NCBI GenBank assembly: GCA_964247055.1
Contig: OZ176050.1
Coordinates: 2,046,001-2,110,000 of the forward strand
Origin: Paragordius varius
Taxonomy: Eukaryota > Animalia > Nematomorpha
Reading direction: 5' to 3'
DNA length: 64,000 nt
The translations under genes were made by a program, and so were the position numbers. The notes below the pieces were generated by a model. It had not been told where the DNA came from and ran no database searches. It was given only the letters and a program-made list of their open reading frames with translations. Of this stretch, positions 1 to 12,929 are shown one piece after another (position 1 is the first letter of the stretch; each line of letters starts with the position of its first letter).

Positions 1-1203
1 ACTCAAAAATTACGCACAAAAATTAAAAGGTTCCCTGATCATTGTATAACCCTATGGTTAAAAAATTTTAGCATTTGTATCGTATAAAGTGCAAAAAAAT
101 ATGTATAAAAAATTCTAAGTAATTAATTACTCAACATAACAATTTATAAGTATATAGTTTCAGTTAAACATATTATTATTATTGTAATTCATGATTTTGT
201 AATATTCCAAAACAATAATTATTCCAAATCAAGCCAAGAGTAAAATATGGATATAAGGCTATGCGAAGTTCATACATTTGGCCAGTACCATATTGATTGT
301 TATATGTGTTTATTAAATTGTCAATAGGGAAAAAAATTATACCTGCAGACAACATTAAAGATTTTTACCGTAGTAAACAATTTTAAAGTCCCATATAACC
401 AATAATAACTGTTTACCAGTTCAAGATACAACACTGATTAACTTATAACTTGATATATGGTTATCTGCATATTCAATTCTTTATCCGACTCACCTAAAGA
501 CTTTAAATCAGATTCGATTGGAAGAAAATATAAAACTTTGATATATCTATCACTGAAATGTATTTTAATGGGATGTTTTTTGATTTCATATGAGGAGTAA
601 AGTATCAAATAGCTGGTAGAGGTAATGGAGGTATTAGACATTATATAAACCTCATTACATTTATAGACTTACCAGTGAAGTAGGTGTCATCTTTCAATTA
701 ACATCGCGAATGGTTTAGTATATTTTTAAATGTTCATCCATCTAAAAAATAATATTTATAAAAACAAACAGCCTTCATACCATATCAAATAAAATTTTTG
801 AACAAAAAATTAAGCATGCCGGGAATCACTAAGTCCATGTTAGAAAATATAGCGACCAAAAAATGAAAAGGCGTAGTAAGCTAATAAAAAGTTTAAGATT
901 ACTTGACGTGTAAGATAAATTCCATTGTTTAGACGGGTTAGCGATTGTAAGGAGATTTTAAATTGATAGCTGATAATAGAGGTGTAGCTTTCATCGCTGG
1001 CGCCCCTACCACTCCATGCAACCACCTGCATTTTAGATATTTAATAAAATTGTCATGGCCACTCATAAATGGGTGATTTATGTATTATAAAAATAATAAC
1101 ATTTAAATTCTTATTTTTTAAAATTATACTTTTTATATCTAGCGCCCCTTCAAATATGCCCACCGGTGGAACCCACTTTCTCTCCCCTCTAGCTACGCCA
1201 TTG
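1..1203. mobile_element. Right part of a non-autonomous hAT-like element (Tip100-type end), truncated by window start
   Basis: Ends in CTAGCTACGCCATTG (reverse complement of a CAGTGGCGTAGCTAG-type TIR) after GGCGCCCC subterminal motifs. Co-linear similar copy at ~12930-14126; short related end at ~62370-62530. Confidence 0.6.
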
Positions 1204-1325
1204 TGTTGATCGTTTTTGTACGTGTAATGCTCCGGCCGATTACCGTTAAGTTTGAGTTAAGCCATCCAAAGCTTGCACTTGATCATCTTCCCAGTTATGC
1301 GTTATAACAAAACGCCCATTTAACT
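1204..1325 (-). pseudogene. mariner transposase N-terminal fragment
   Basis: Translates to ...EDDQVQALDGLTQT, like Mos1-type FEDAELQALLDEDDAQTQ; same fragment at 14130-14420. Confidence 0.55.
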
Positions 1326-1329
1326 CTAA

Positions 1330-1560
1330 AAGCTCAACCTTAGAACGGCGGAGAGGAGAATGATAATTTAACGATAAACCAAACTGATGAAGATTAAAAC
1401 CAATAATCGGAGGTGGGGAGGAACAAAGCAAAGCAAACGAAAAAGACACTCAGGTTGAAATAAGAACGGATAAGACAACTGAGAAAGAACTTGAAATGAG
1501 ATATCCTCTTAGGGAAAGAAAAGCACCAGATCAACTCGGATTCGGATAAGGAGATATGAT
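1330..1560 (+). mobile_element. Possible 3' end of a Gypsy LTR retrotransposon (integrase tail + purine tract)
   Basis: ELEMRYPLRERKAPDQLGFG* followed by AAGGAGA then TATGATAG. RxxRxRxxPxxL tails are typical of Gypsy pol ends. Confidence 0.35.
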
Positions 1561-1769
1561 AGATTTGAATACATCAGTTTTAACCTTAGCCTAGACAAAT
1601 TTATATTAAATTTGAATCATTTTTCTTGACCTTTTATATTTGAGTTAAACTATTGTATCAATTTTGTATTTAATCTGCACACAACCTTGGTTTAACATGT
1701 AAATATTATATTCACAAAAAGTGTATAAACATCACTTTATATAGTGTAGTTTTTGTATTTTATCTCGAT

Positions 1770-3270
1770 AAATATTATTTTTTTACGGTTTCTCGATTCA
1801 CAATAATATTCAACAAAATTTTGCTTGCATGACTAAGAACTATGTTTTTATAGTTCTCGTAATTAGATTAATCTCCCTTTTGATTGGGATAAACAGTATT
1901 TGACAGTCTTTTGGCATCGACCTCCATACTTCCTGACACAATCTATGTATAACTGATATTGGTATATCTCTTATTAATTCCAAGGAATATTATCTATTCC
2001 AGAGGCTTTCCTTATTGGTATCGATTATAAAGCTTTTACTACCTCTGCTTCTAATATACCTAACTCATTATCCCCATTCCCATATATAAGTCTATATTTG
2101 CAATATACAGCTGTTTGGTGTAACTTTCTCATCTTTCTTTAACTTATTTCCGTCGTCAAGATCCTTCCATTGTCCTTAATATTAATGTTTGGAAGTTGGT
2201 ATTGATTTGTTACTCTTCTGGTTTGGAACAGAGGTTTACTTAAGCCTTTTCTGTAAGCTTCCTCAGTAATCGTCCATTATTCATTGCAGTGTTCCTCCAG
2301 GTCTTCCTTTTCTGTCTCTAGAGTCTTGAAATTTATTTTTCTCTTTCTCCGCTTTTCTAGCTCTTCTACTTTCTTCAATTATTTTTATACAGTCATCTGG
2401 TAACCCTTTATATATGAAGTTTTTTTTTGGTAAATATTTTTGTGCTGTCTCGTGAATTATTGTTATATTATTCCTTTGGTTTTGTAAGTTATTATCCATC
2501 TTACCTAACAAATCAATATTATTTACTTCTATCTTATATTCTAAAGAGATTTCTACGTTGTATTCCAGAGTTTCAACATAATTGTTGTTATTAATAGTTG
2601 GTGATCGCTTGAGCAGTCACAACTTTTCTTGGTTTTAGCATTTATGAATTTTCCATTTTTGTTGTTCTATAAAATAATCTATTTGGTTTTAATTTTTGCA
2701 CAAGGGGAGGAACAGTCTTTTATGTTGTTTTTACCATGTATTCACAACAAACATTTGATTAATCATACAGAATTCGATCAATCGTTCACCAGATTCGTTC
2801 TTTCACCTAATCCGTGTTTTCCCAATATCGTGTCCTACTCTTGATTTCACCTTTCTATATTAATAGCTATTATAATTGTATCCTTTTTAGATACAGAATT
2901 TATTAAGTCTTGGAGCTGTTCGTAAAATGCATCTATTTTTCTTGTTCAGAGTCCGCTGTAGGGGCATAAACAATGATATAAGTTAAGTTAATCGGGCTAG
3001 CATTAAATCTGATGCTCATGATTAATTTAAATTAAACGAATTGACATATTTATTATATTCTTTATTTAATATTACATCAACACCCTCCTTATATAGTGTC
3101 CCGATTTATAAATACAATTTTCTTTGTTATATAAAACACCTTTGCCCTTGTAATGGGTTTTAGTGATACCCAATTAATTGGATTCTTTGCATATCCTTTC
3201 CTATTAGAGTCTTTTTTTTCTTCATTTCAATTCCTGCGTTCCAGTTTCCTATACAGATTTTATTATCACT
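1770..3270 (-). mobile_element. Decayed RTE-clade non-LTR retrotransposon (APE endonuclease to start of RT)
   Basis: Broken frames give IGNWN, YIIVYAPTADSEQE, LGKHGLGERNESGERLIEFC, NQIDY, SDHQLL; many stops and frameshifts. Confidence 0.75.
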
Positions 3271-3583
3271 TTAATTTTTGTCATATTTTTGTGATCAAGT
3301 TTGCCGGGGCTTTGTTAAACCATACTTAAGGTGTATGGATTCCGTCACAATCTATGTAATAACTTAAAAGATATCTTAAATGCATAATAATAAAAAACAA
3401 CTGAAACTTATCCAGGTATCCAGAAAAGGGTGTGACAGGCATGCGCCTTACTCCCACTGTCCTCACAGACGACCCTTACCGCCTTCCTACGCTTTTACGC
3501 GCCTTAGAGCAGGGGGACGTCAATCATCTTCAGGGCTTCTAACAATATGCAATGAAACGTATAATACTTAATATATATATATA

Positions 3584-3800
3584 CCATTTCCCAGTCTAAA
3601 TAAACGTTTTCCCAGTCTATCGAAACATTTTCCCAATCAATCGAAACGTTTTCCCAGTCAATCGAAACGTTTTCCCAGTCAATCGAAACGTTTTCCCAGT
3701 CAATCGAAACATTTTCCCAGTCAATAGAAACATTTTCCCAGTCAATAAAAACATTTTCCCAATCAATAAAAACGTTTTCCCAGTCAATAAAAACGGTTTT
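3584..3800 (-). repeat. 21-bp tandem array (ATTGACTGGGAAAACGTTTCG-like), left arm
   Basis: About 10 units visible directly; source of the IDWENVS ORF. Confidence 0.9.
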
Positions 3801-4867
3801 ATTTTTGATGATAAGTATCAAAACAAAATAGAAAAATAACTTTTAACCATTATCAGCGTAATATTAGGATATTATTTTTTATGAATTAACAATTATTGAA
3901 GGAAAATATTTTTTATATATTCCAATACACAATCATTAATAATTTATTCTTTAAGAGTTATATTTTATTAACTGGAAGAATATTTTATGGTTTTTACGTA
4001 TTTTATGAAAATATTTAATAATTTTTTTATTATATCGATGGTTCGCATATATATTTGAGGCTAACTTTTAAAGTCTATAGTTACGGATAATAAAATTTAT
4101 AAAAATATACCATTTTTATCTCAAATTGGTTATTTAACACTTCAAATTGGATCATAAACATGTCGAATAAAATACTGTCGGAAAAAATCTGAACAAAACA
4201 TGGTTTTAAATATGTTTTTCATTTAAAAATATTTTATAAAAAAGGATATTCCACAATGGCTTTGCGGGCTGCATTTTTAACCCAAAAAGCACGGCGTTCC
4301 GCATTCGTATTAAATATAACGACATTCATAAATAATTTATTCGATCTTAGACATAAGACTGTAAAGTACAAACACAATATATTTTTTTAATTCGTTGTCA
4401 ATTTTATAAACTCATTCATAAAATAGCGTAAGAAATATGAATTTTACTAAGATTTTCTTAGGCCTCCGATGAACCAAATGATAAATATAAAAATAGGGTA
4501 AAATTTATGTTTAAGACCCAATATTAAGTGTTAAATGACCTTTGAGATAAAAATGGTATATTTTTATAAATTTTTTTATCCGTAACTATAGACTTTAAAA
4601 GTTAGCCTCAAATATATATGCAAACCATCGATATAATAAAAAAATTATCAAATATTTTGTTAAAATACTTAAAAACCATAAAATATTCTTCCAGTTAATA
4701 AAATATAGCTTTTAAAGAATAAATTATTAATGATTGTGTATTGGAATATATAAAAAATATTTTCATTCAATAATTGTTAATTCATAAAAAATAAAATCCT
4801 AATATTACGCTGATAATGGTTAAAAGTTATTTTTCTATCTTGTTTTGATATTTATTATCAAAAATAA

Positions 4868-5040
4868 AACCGTTTTTATTGACTGGGAAAACGTTTTTAT
4901 TGACTGGGAAAATGTTTCTATTGACTGGGAAAATGTTTCGATTGACTGGGAAAACGTTTCGATTGACTGGGAAAACGTTTCGATTGACTGGGAAAATGTT
5001 TCGACTGACTGGGAAAACGTTTATTTAGACTGGGAAATGG
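4868..5040 (+). repeat. 21-bp tandem array, right arm
   Basis: About 8 units visible directly. Confidence 0.9.
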
Positions 5041-6439
5041 TATATATATATGATAAGCAAAATGTGTAAATAATCGATATACATTAAGCTAATGATTTAT
5101 GATAAGGTAGCAATACGATGATTAAAAATCTAAAAATGACAAATGGCAATCGAGATACCGATCTTCAAAATTAGTCACCCAAAATTATATTACGACATCA
5201 TATTTTATTGCGCTAACAACGAAAACGAATTAAATGGTAGGAATAAGCATAAAATCGATTCCCAAATTTTTGGTCCATAAATAGTTACCACATAACAGAA
5301 TCAGTTAACTGTGCTGTAAGATTGTGTTATCTTCGGATATAGGGGTTAAAAAGTAGTAAAAGCCAAACCAATTATTTTGGTTTTAATTGGCCAATATGAA
5401 AAGGAACTTGAAAAATGGAATTAAAATTGGGACAAAGATAACTGAATGTTTAACTCTTAACTTGAAGCTGATAATTTAAATTCAACGTTCATTAACTTAG
5501 TTTAAAGATATAAGCCTTATGCAATAAAAAAACCGTAGTGATGATATAAAAAATTTATAATCTATTCTATTATTTTTTTAACCAAATGTAAAGTAAAAAA
5601 TAAAAATATTAGGTATGAACAGGGCGTACAAGTCTTGGCATCCTTACTACCGGGCGGACAAGATAATTGTATTATACAATGCATATATATATATATATAT
5701 AAAGAATTAAAAATTGACCTTAGAGACAATATAGATATTTGAAGTAGTTTATTTTTATACATAACAAATTTGTAAAGTACAAAAAGTAACAGAAAAAACA
5801 AAAAAGAGACGTATTCGCTAAAAATTTATACAAAAAACACAAAAAAGACGATTTAAAAATTAAAAAATACTGTCGTTGGTTTAAATTGAATTCCCCTATT
5901 TATAAATTAGAATTAGGCTAATTAAAGTAAAGTAAAAGAAATATATCCAAAGCTTAGCGCCACACCTGCGACCGAGCATAAAAAGAGAAAATTATATAGA
6001 TCATTCAGAAACCGTATATCCTTATAAATTTGATATAATTATTTTGAATATTGATATGATGATAACATGTAATTAAAAATATATAAGCTTTCTAGGTTAT
6101 TACAACATTGAAAACATTTATAATTATTTTACAAAATGGGAAATAAATTAGTTTGAAACAAAGGTTTTTGAATAATTATTTTTCAATGATAAATATATCA
6201 TTAATAAAGATTAGGTAGAAAATAAAATAAAAAAAATGCAAAAATTATGGTTATATTAATAAAAATATAAGGACCAAAAGTGTTCAAGGCACTCTTGAAG
6301 TAATGGTATTAATATCAAAACAACTAATCAGGTTCTTTAGCAGTTTAATTATAAATCGGTAGATTTTTTTATGTATAAAGGGACTCAAAACCGAATTATA
6401 TATTTTTGGATGCCACGATAATTGAGGTATGTTTTTGGA

Positions 6440-6790
6440 GATTTCGGCAGTCGATAACCCAGACTATGTGAGGCAACATCTGGCGAAAAGCAATTACTAA
6501 GTTTTGCCAACCTTTGGTTTTTTCATCCGAATGCATACAGTTGGCTTGGATCGACAAAATGATGCGAATCAAAAAATCAATTCAAACTATTATTCCAGCC
6601 CAAATATATTGACTGACGAATGATAAGGCGGATGATGCGTATATAAAGTATCTATCATCGCCAAGTCTAGGTTTCCCCTGTTAGTGCAGTTTTCTAAATG
6701 TCCAAATCCTTTTCATTAAGCCAGCGTTCAACACAAATATAATCGCGGGCCAAATAATCGTCAGGCTGCATTCGAAAAATAGATGGGCAT
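6440..6790 (-). pseudogene. Possible Tc1/mariner-superfamily transposase remnant
   Basis: Fragments HHPPYHSSV / IWAGI resemble the (H)PxSVMVWAGI motif; otherwise heavily decayed. Confidence 0.25.
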
Positions 6791-7477
6791 TAATAAATTA
6801 TAAATTTTAATTCAAATTTTGTAAAAAATGATATAAAATATTCGATATTGACTTATCAAGATAATTAATTTAAAATATAACAATTTTACAGAATTTATGA
6901 GCATAAAACGTCCATGTACTTGGTAAGTTTCCAATTAGCGGGCCACATAATATCTTGAAGGAAAGAACCAAAATTTATTTATTTGTTTTGTTTTAAACTG
7001 AATATAAAATTATGCTGAGTCAGAAATATCGTTTATATCCACTTGACACAGTGTTAGAAGGGGCGTTGTAATATGATTTACTTTACCGATATATTTATAC
7101 ACTCGAATTTACAGTATAAGTATACATTGCTAGAAAGATATTAATGATTGCTAAATAGCACATGGCTTGTAGTTTTTTTCTTTTTACCTTTATTAGCTAA
7201 TAATACTGCTCTTTGTTGTATATACTGTGGAATTAAGCAATGTATACTTACTCATATGTAATTTTCATAAGTATTGGTCTCATTATTTTTATTTTGCATT
7301 TATTAATTAGTGCATTGCACATATCTTCAAATTGACAATGTTATATAATCATTAAATTACAATTTTTTATTCAGTATTATATCAAATTAAGTTATCCCGG
7401 GTCTCTTAATTTAGCAGGAATAGCTGAGCGTTCATTAACATATTTTGGTACTAGGTTGTTTTTACACTAAAACAATT

Positions 7478-9879
7478 TCACCATTTTTTCTTTTTATTTT
7501 TGTGAGTTGTTGCATTCGGGGTGGGTGAACGACGCGGTAAAACTTGAGCAAATCTTGGGCTATTGTTGTTTGGGGGTGGTGGTCTTGGGGCAATGTTTGG
7601 CGGTTTTGTGAATCCAGTGGATGGAGAACAAGCGGTAATCGTATATCTTGGGTTGTCGTTGTTTGGGGGTGGTGGTCTTGTTGCAAAGTTTCCAGTGGAT
7701 GGAGAAAAGGCGGGAATCACATATCTTGGGTTATTGGTGTTTGGTGGCGGCGGTCTTGGTGCTAGGTTTTGCGGTAGCGGCATTGGCGGTTTTAATGCTC
7801 TAGATGGAGAAAAAGCAGGAGTCTCATGCACACCTTGAGAAAAAGGCGGCCTATTTACTAATAAACCTTGGCGTGGGGGAAGTGGCGGCGGTTGTTGATC
7901 ATGCAATTGATTGATATAAATTGGTACGGATGGATTAGGGGGTCTATTTGTCCTTAAACCTGGACCTCGGATTGGTGGCGGCTGTTGATGATTGTTAGGT
8001 TGATTTATATAAATTGGTTCTAACGAACTAGGCGGTCTATTCATTATGAAACCTTGACGAGGGAGAAGTGGTGGTGGTTGTAGATCATTTAATTGATTTA
8101 TATATATTGGCTCGGATGGATTAGGGGGTCTATTTATCCTTAAACCTGGACCCCGGATTGGTGGCGGCTGTTGATGATTGTTAGATTGATTCATATAAAT
8201 TGGTTCTGAGGAACTAGGTGGTCTATTCATTATTGATCCTTGACGAGGGGCAAGTGGTGGCGGTTGTTGATCATTGAATTGATTTATGTAAATTGGTACG
8301 GATGAACCTGGGGATCTATTTTTCCTTAAACCTTGGCCCCCGAGTGGCGGCTGTTGATGATTGTTAGATTGATTCATATAAATTGGTTGTGAGGAACTAG
8401 GTGGTCTATTCATTATTGATCCTTGACGAGGGGCAAGTGGCGGTGGTTGTTGATCATTGAACTGATTTATGTAAATTGGTACGGATGAACCTGGGGATCT
8501 ATTTTTCCTTAAACCTTGACGGGGTGGAAGTGGTGGTGGCGGTTGATGATGATTGTTAGATTGATTTATATAAATTGGTTCGGAGGAATCTGTAAAATCA
8601 AGACTTTCATTCGTTATTGGTTTTGTTATTTTATTATTTTGATATGGGGTTGGAGCGGATAGTTTGCGCTTTGCGACAACTTGTGTCGTTTCGTCCTTTG
8701 AAGAGTCCTTTTTCTTTTGCCTTTTACTTTCATTCTTGTGTTCTTTTGAATCAGAGGTCTTGGATTGCTTTTGTCCTTTAAAAGAAGAAATGTTTATTAA
8801 GCTTAAGAATTAGTGAAAAATAATACCTTTTATTCATTTTATCATAATTTTTAAAATATTTTGTTTAATGGCATTTCGAAATTTTATTTTAATAATAAAG
8901 CCATATATTTTGATGAAATTATTTAAGTGCATGTAAAACCTTTTTTATTCGGTTTCACCACAAGATCAGTTAGAGATTCTACTTCAAGGTCTGCATATTT
9001 TTTCACTAATTTTTGAACTATATTTTTTTCAAATTGGCGTTCTCTATACCGTTCATTTTTATACATCACATATATGGACTCCAAGTTTTGCGAAACTTGT
9101 TGCGAATATTCCTCTAACTGTTTGCAAATTTCGGCTTCTTGGCGTAAAATCTCCTCAAAATGAAGGGACGTCAACTCACTATATTTCTGTTGTATACTTA
9201 TGGCTGTTCCTTGTAATATACAGGGGCCAGGCATTGTCTTTTGCCAAAGCTCAAACGGCTTAGGTCTGTATATATAAAAACTGTCATTTGGTCCATACAT
9301 TTCTGGCGTTTTGTCTATCTTTTCTCCCCTAACTGTTTGATTATCTTCTGTGTCATTTTCGTATGGATCTTTATTTGGTAAATTTTTTGTAGACTTATTA
9401 TTGAGACATTGTACACAGTTGTCTAATAATATGCTAATTAATGTTTGTATGGCAAAATAGGCTATTATCTCTTGCCATTTTCTGATTTCAGCAGTATTGT
9501 AAAAATTATTTTTACTTGTATCGTCAATTGCGGTTTTATCAGTATTTGGTGATTGTGTATTGTTATAATTAATAATAGCATCATTTTCCGAATTATTTTG
9601 TGTATCTTCATAGGAGATGATATCCTGTTCATCTGCTTCAGCTTTAAAATCACCAAGCTCTGTGTCAGAGCTGGTGTTTTCATTTGTAATCGGAGAAGAT
9701 TCATTGTGAGGTGTACTAATTGCCTTTTGGGGTGAATTAGTTGTGTTAAACTGCAAAGGTGATGGAGAATGTGATTGAAAATTTGAAGTTGCATTTGGAT
9801 CTTCGTCCATGAATGGTACCAAACAGGTATTGCATTGGTTAAACGGTTTTTGACAAGTTCGACATATTAGAAAACTCAT
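7478..9879 (-). CDS. Orphan protein: N-terminal CxxC/CxxC, acidic and coiled-coil region, then 8x PIY[I/M]NQ-polyproline repeats; exons 9879-8940 and 8775-7478
   Basis: ATG at 9879 (MSFLICRTCQKPFNQCNTC). A GT-AG intron at 8939-8776 (164 nt, phase 1) joins KPNKK-G-QKQSKT and fuses the 352-aa and 311-aa ORFs into one frame; TGA at 7478-7480. An upstream exon cannot be excluded. Confidence 0.75.
7850..8590 (-). repeat. Coding tandem repeat, ~90-95 nt units alternating A/B types (8 units)
   Basis: Units SSEPIYINQSNNHHQPPPPLPPRQG / SSVPIYINQFNDQQPPPLAPRQG recur in DNA and protein. Confidence 0.9.
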
Positions 9880-11574
9880 TATTAATCGATGTCGGGGTGT
9901 ATTATTTATTGAAATATAGAAAAACACAACATTAAATTGAAAGATATTTTTATATAACGATAATTTGATTGTTAATATCAATTTTAAACATGACGTATTA
10001 AACCATCAATAAAACCTCAATTTATTGGTATAAAAAACGATAAATTAATAAACATATATATATATATATATATATAGATATATATATCCTTTTTTAACCA
10101 AAGTTTCTAAATTGGTCGCGTTTTTTGTCCTATATTTGGAATATAAAAAAAATAATATGAGTAAATATATTGCATTAAATTAAATTTCATTAAATAATTA
10201 ATATAATAAAATCCCGCTATCCATACAAAAGTCGTCAGGGCTATAATCTTTCCTACTAAGCTATCTGCCATCAACTTTTTTATGAAAAAAGTGTTGTGTT
10301 ATTTTAAGGTATATGTGTCAAATTCTTTTTATCTCTACACAAAAAAAAGGAATAAAATGTTTAATATGCCTAGTGTTGTGCCTGTTAGTCAATGACCTAA
10401 GTCATTTTTTTTTATTTTTTTATTTTATTAATTTTCGTTTTAGGAAAACAAAAGCTTATATTATTTAAATATGTATTATTTTGATTTAAATATCATATGA
10501 TATACATTTTTTCTTACTTCCTCATAATAAATCCGCCTTGTGGAAATTTATAGAAAATCAAGTTACAAGCTAGAAATGCAATTGCACTATATATTTAAAT
10601 AAAAACCGAACAAAGATACATATAAAGAAGTTTATAAAATAAATTATGACAGAAGGTGATGGTCTAAAGCAAATTAATATTTAATTTCTTAGGTTTAGTT
10701 TTATTTTCTGTTTTCAAGAAGAAAATAGCCAGTAACATTTAGCAAAATTTATTTTTACATCCTCTAATTTTAACATAGTTGAAAAGGAACATTTCCGGAT
10801 TTCATTAATAGTTTGAAATAATTATTTGAGCATAAATAGGTTCCAATAAATTCCTATTGTTAGTCTTATCTCTCTGTGATTTAAAACTTTCTATAGTCTT
10901 TATGTATGATTCCAGGTAAGATAGTTAATTGTAGAAATTTATCAGTATTGGTGAAAGTATACTTTTAAAAAATATACTTTATGTAAAATCTTTTTTATGT
11001 AATTTAATCAAATGTATGTAGTTATTTTATTGGCAATAACATATACAACCCTAAATATGCCAATTACTATATCACTCATGTTGATATTTTTAACATATTG
11101 CCAATCCGTTGTCCGTTAACACCAATTTATATTCCTTGAAAACTATATGCATCTCTAGGTTTAGTCAAATTATACATTGCTTAAACCCTTAAATAATATG
11201 GTTATAGTTAGGTAAAGTGTTTTGGATTTAAAGCTTATTCGTAGTCAAATGTGCGCCAATTTGCTCTGTTGTAAAGGGATATAAAATTTTGTAATTAAAA
11301 TTTGTGTAATATATTTTAATAAATGTTAAAATCATTACAGTGTCCATAATTACAAGGTTCCCTTTTTAAACTAATATGTCTGGTAAGCGTTGATTCTAAA
11401 TTTGATTGTGTAAATGGTTATTTGAATGTATTCGTGCTCTAAATGGGTTTGCATTAAAGGTGATACGGATACCAATTTTATTAATTTAATAATATTAATA
11501 TTTTTATGTAATGAGATGAATTTTAGATTTTTGGAAATATCAACATATGCCCAAAACTTGTAAACCCATGACAT

Positions 11575-12320
11575 ATGGATATACAAATAAGCCGGTGCAA
11601 TTTAGATTCGATCTGGCACATGCACATCCTGTTGGAATTTATTGATTTTAAAAACTACTCAGATTTAGACGCAATCTCTAAAGAGCATCGCAAAGAAGAA
11701 AAATATAATGAGTTTTGGCAAGATGTGCGAAACAAATATGAAAACATAAAAAAATGTGCCCAGGTTATCTTCACCGTTTTCCCTTCAACTTACATATGCT
11801 AGGCATATTTAAAAATTAAATATATCATACTTATAATCGCCTCACAGAGGTCAATACGGACCACGTATGAGTATCGGCCTATCATGAGGCTATACAAGAT
11901 TTTTGTTGATTAATATTTAAATTTATTTTATTATCAAAAAATTTGTTTGGTAGGAGATATATTTTGGGTGCTAATTGCGACCCGAAAAAATCTCGGTCTA
12001 CTGATACATCAAATATTTGTAGATATTAGCCAAAAAAGATGACCTGTAAAATTTTTTTTGGTGAGTACCACTAGCGTTAAAACAAATCATAATTCTGGAA
12101 TCGATTTGACTTTTGAAGAAGAAGTGGATCTTTAGGCGTCATTCTGATCAGTGTCCAAGTTATATAACAGAAGACCCTTTAAGATGATATTTGCGGAATG
12201 ACAATCTACCAAATATAAACTGAATTCCACAGTTTGCACATCTTTTCAACAAATGTTCTATAAAGTTATCCAATTTTTACAAGGGAATTGCGAAAATTGT
12301 CGATAATAGCAGTTATATTG
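11575..12320 (+). pseudogene. hAT (Charlie/Buster-type) transposase C-terminal dimerisation-domain remnant plus 3' flank
   Basis: LLEFIDF...EFWQDVRNKYENIKKCAQVIFTVFPSTYIC matches the FW...YP.L...F.STYLCE pattern; homologous copy at ~62750-63410. Confidence 0.65.
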
Positions 12321-12929
12321 ATTTTATTTTAAATACGATAGGTTAACCAACTGTCATTTTTACACATAAATTATATGTTAATTTATTTACACTTTTTATA
12401 ATTTGTAACATTCAAAAACTGTGGTGACTAAACATTCTAAAAATCCTGTTATTATATAATCTAAAAGTTGAATTGTGATTTTATCTTTCATGGGAGATGA
12501 TATTTAGTCTATTTCAAACATTTTTTCGAAATGTGAAATATGGAATTGTGGATTGAAAATAAGTTAGGGGCAATTCAGATAATTTAGAAATGCAAAATAA
12601 AATATTTTTTTACAAACTGGTTAGTTTTGTAAGAATAGGTAGGTGAGTACGGTCTCCCTAATATTTTAAAATAAAATATATGAAACTCTATATAAACCAT
12701 TTGAATATTACAGAATTTTGTAAAAAATATTATTAATGCGACAATTAATAGCCAATAAATATAATAAATTGTTTTGATGATGCCATAGTGTAAACAATCA
12801 TATATTGATTATCAAAAATTACATTCAAATTTCTCTAAAAATGCTCCCATAAAATTTAAGAGTATTTTGGGTCTTTTGTATACGCATTTTATTCAATAAA
12901 TATCTCATATTTTAGTTGTAAATAAATTT

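Larger units (their letters stand above)
3584..5040. mobile_element. Foldback/MITE with ~570-bp inverted arms and terminal 21-bp tandem arrays, inserted in (TA)n
   Basis: Termini CCATTTCCCAGTCTAAATAAACG / reverse complement, flanked by TATATA. Arms ~3584-4160 and ~4500-5040 are reverse complements. Confidence 0.85.

Noticed and set aside
3584-3800. CRISPR-like array
   Set aside because: The repeats are contiguous with no unique spacers, the context is eukaryotic, and there are no cas genes.
3504-5069. ORFs encoding (IDWENVS)n
   Set aside because: By-product of a stop-free 21-bp tandem array present in both inverted arms of a MITE; no real start or domain context.
7544-7838. Gly-rich plus-strand ORFs
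   Set aside because: Antisense shadows of the proline-rich minus-strand CDS.
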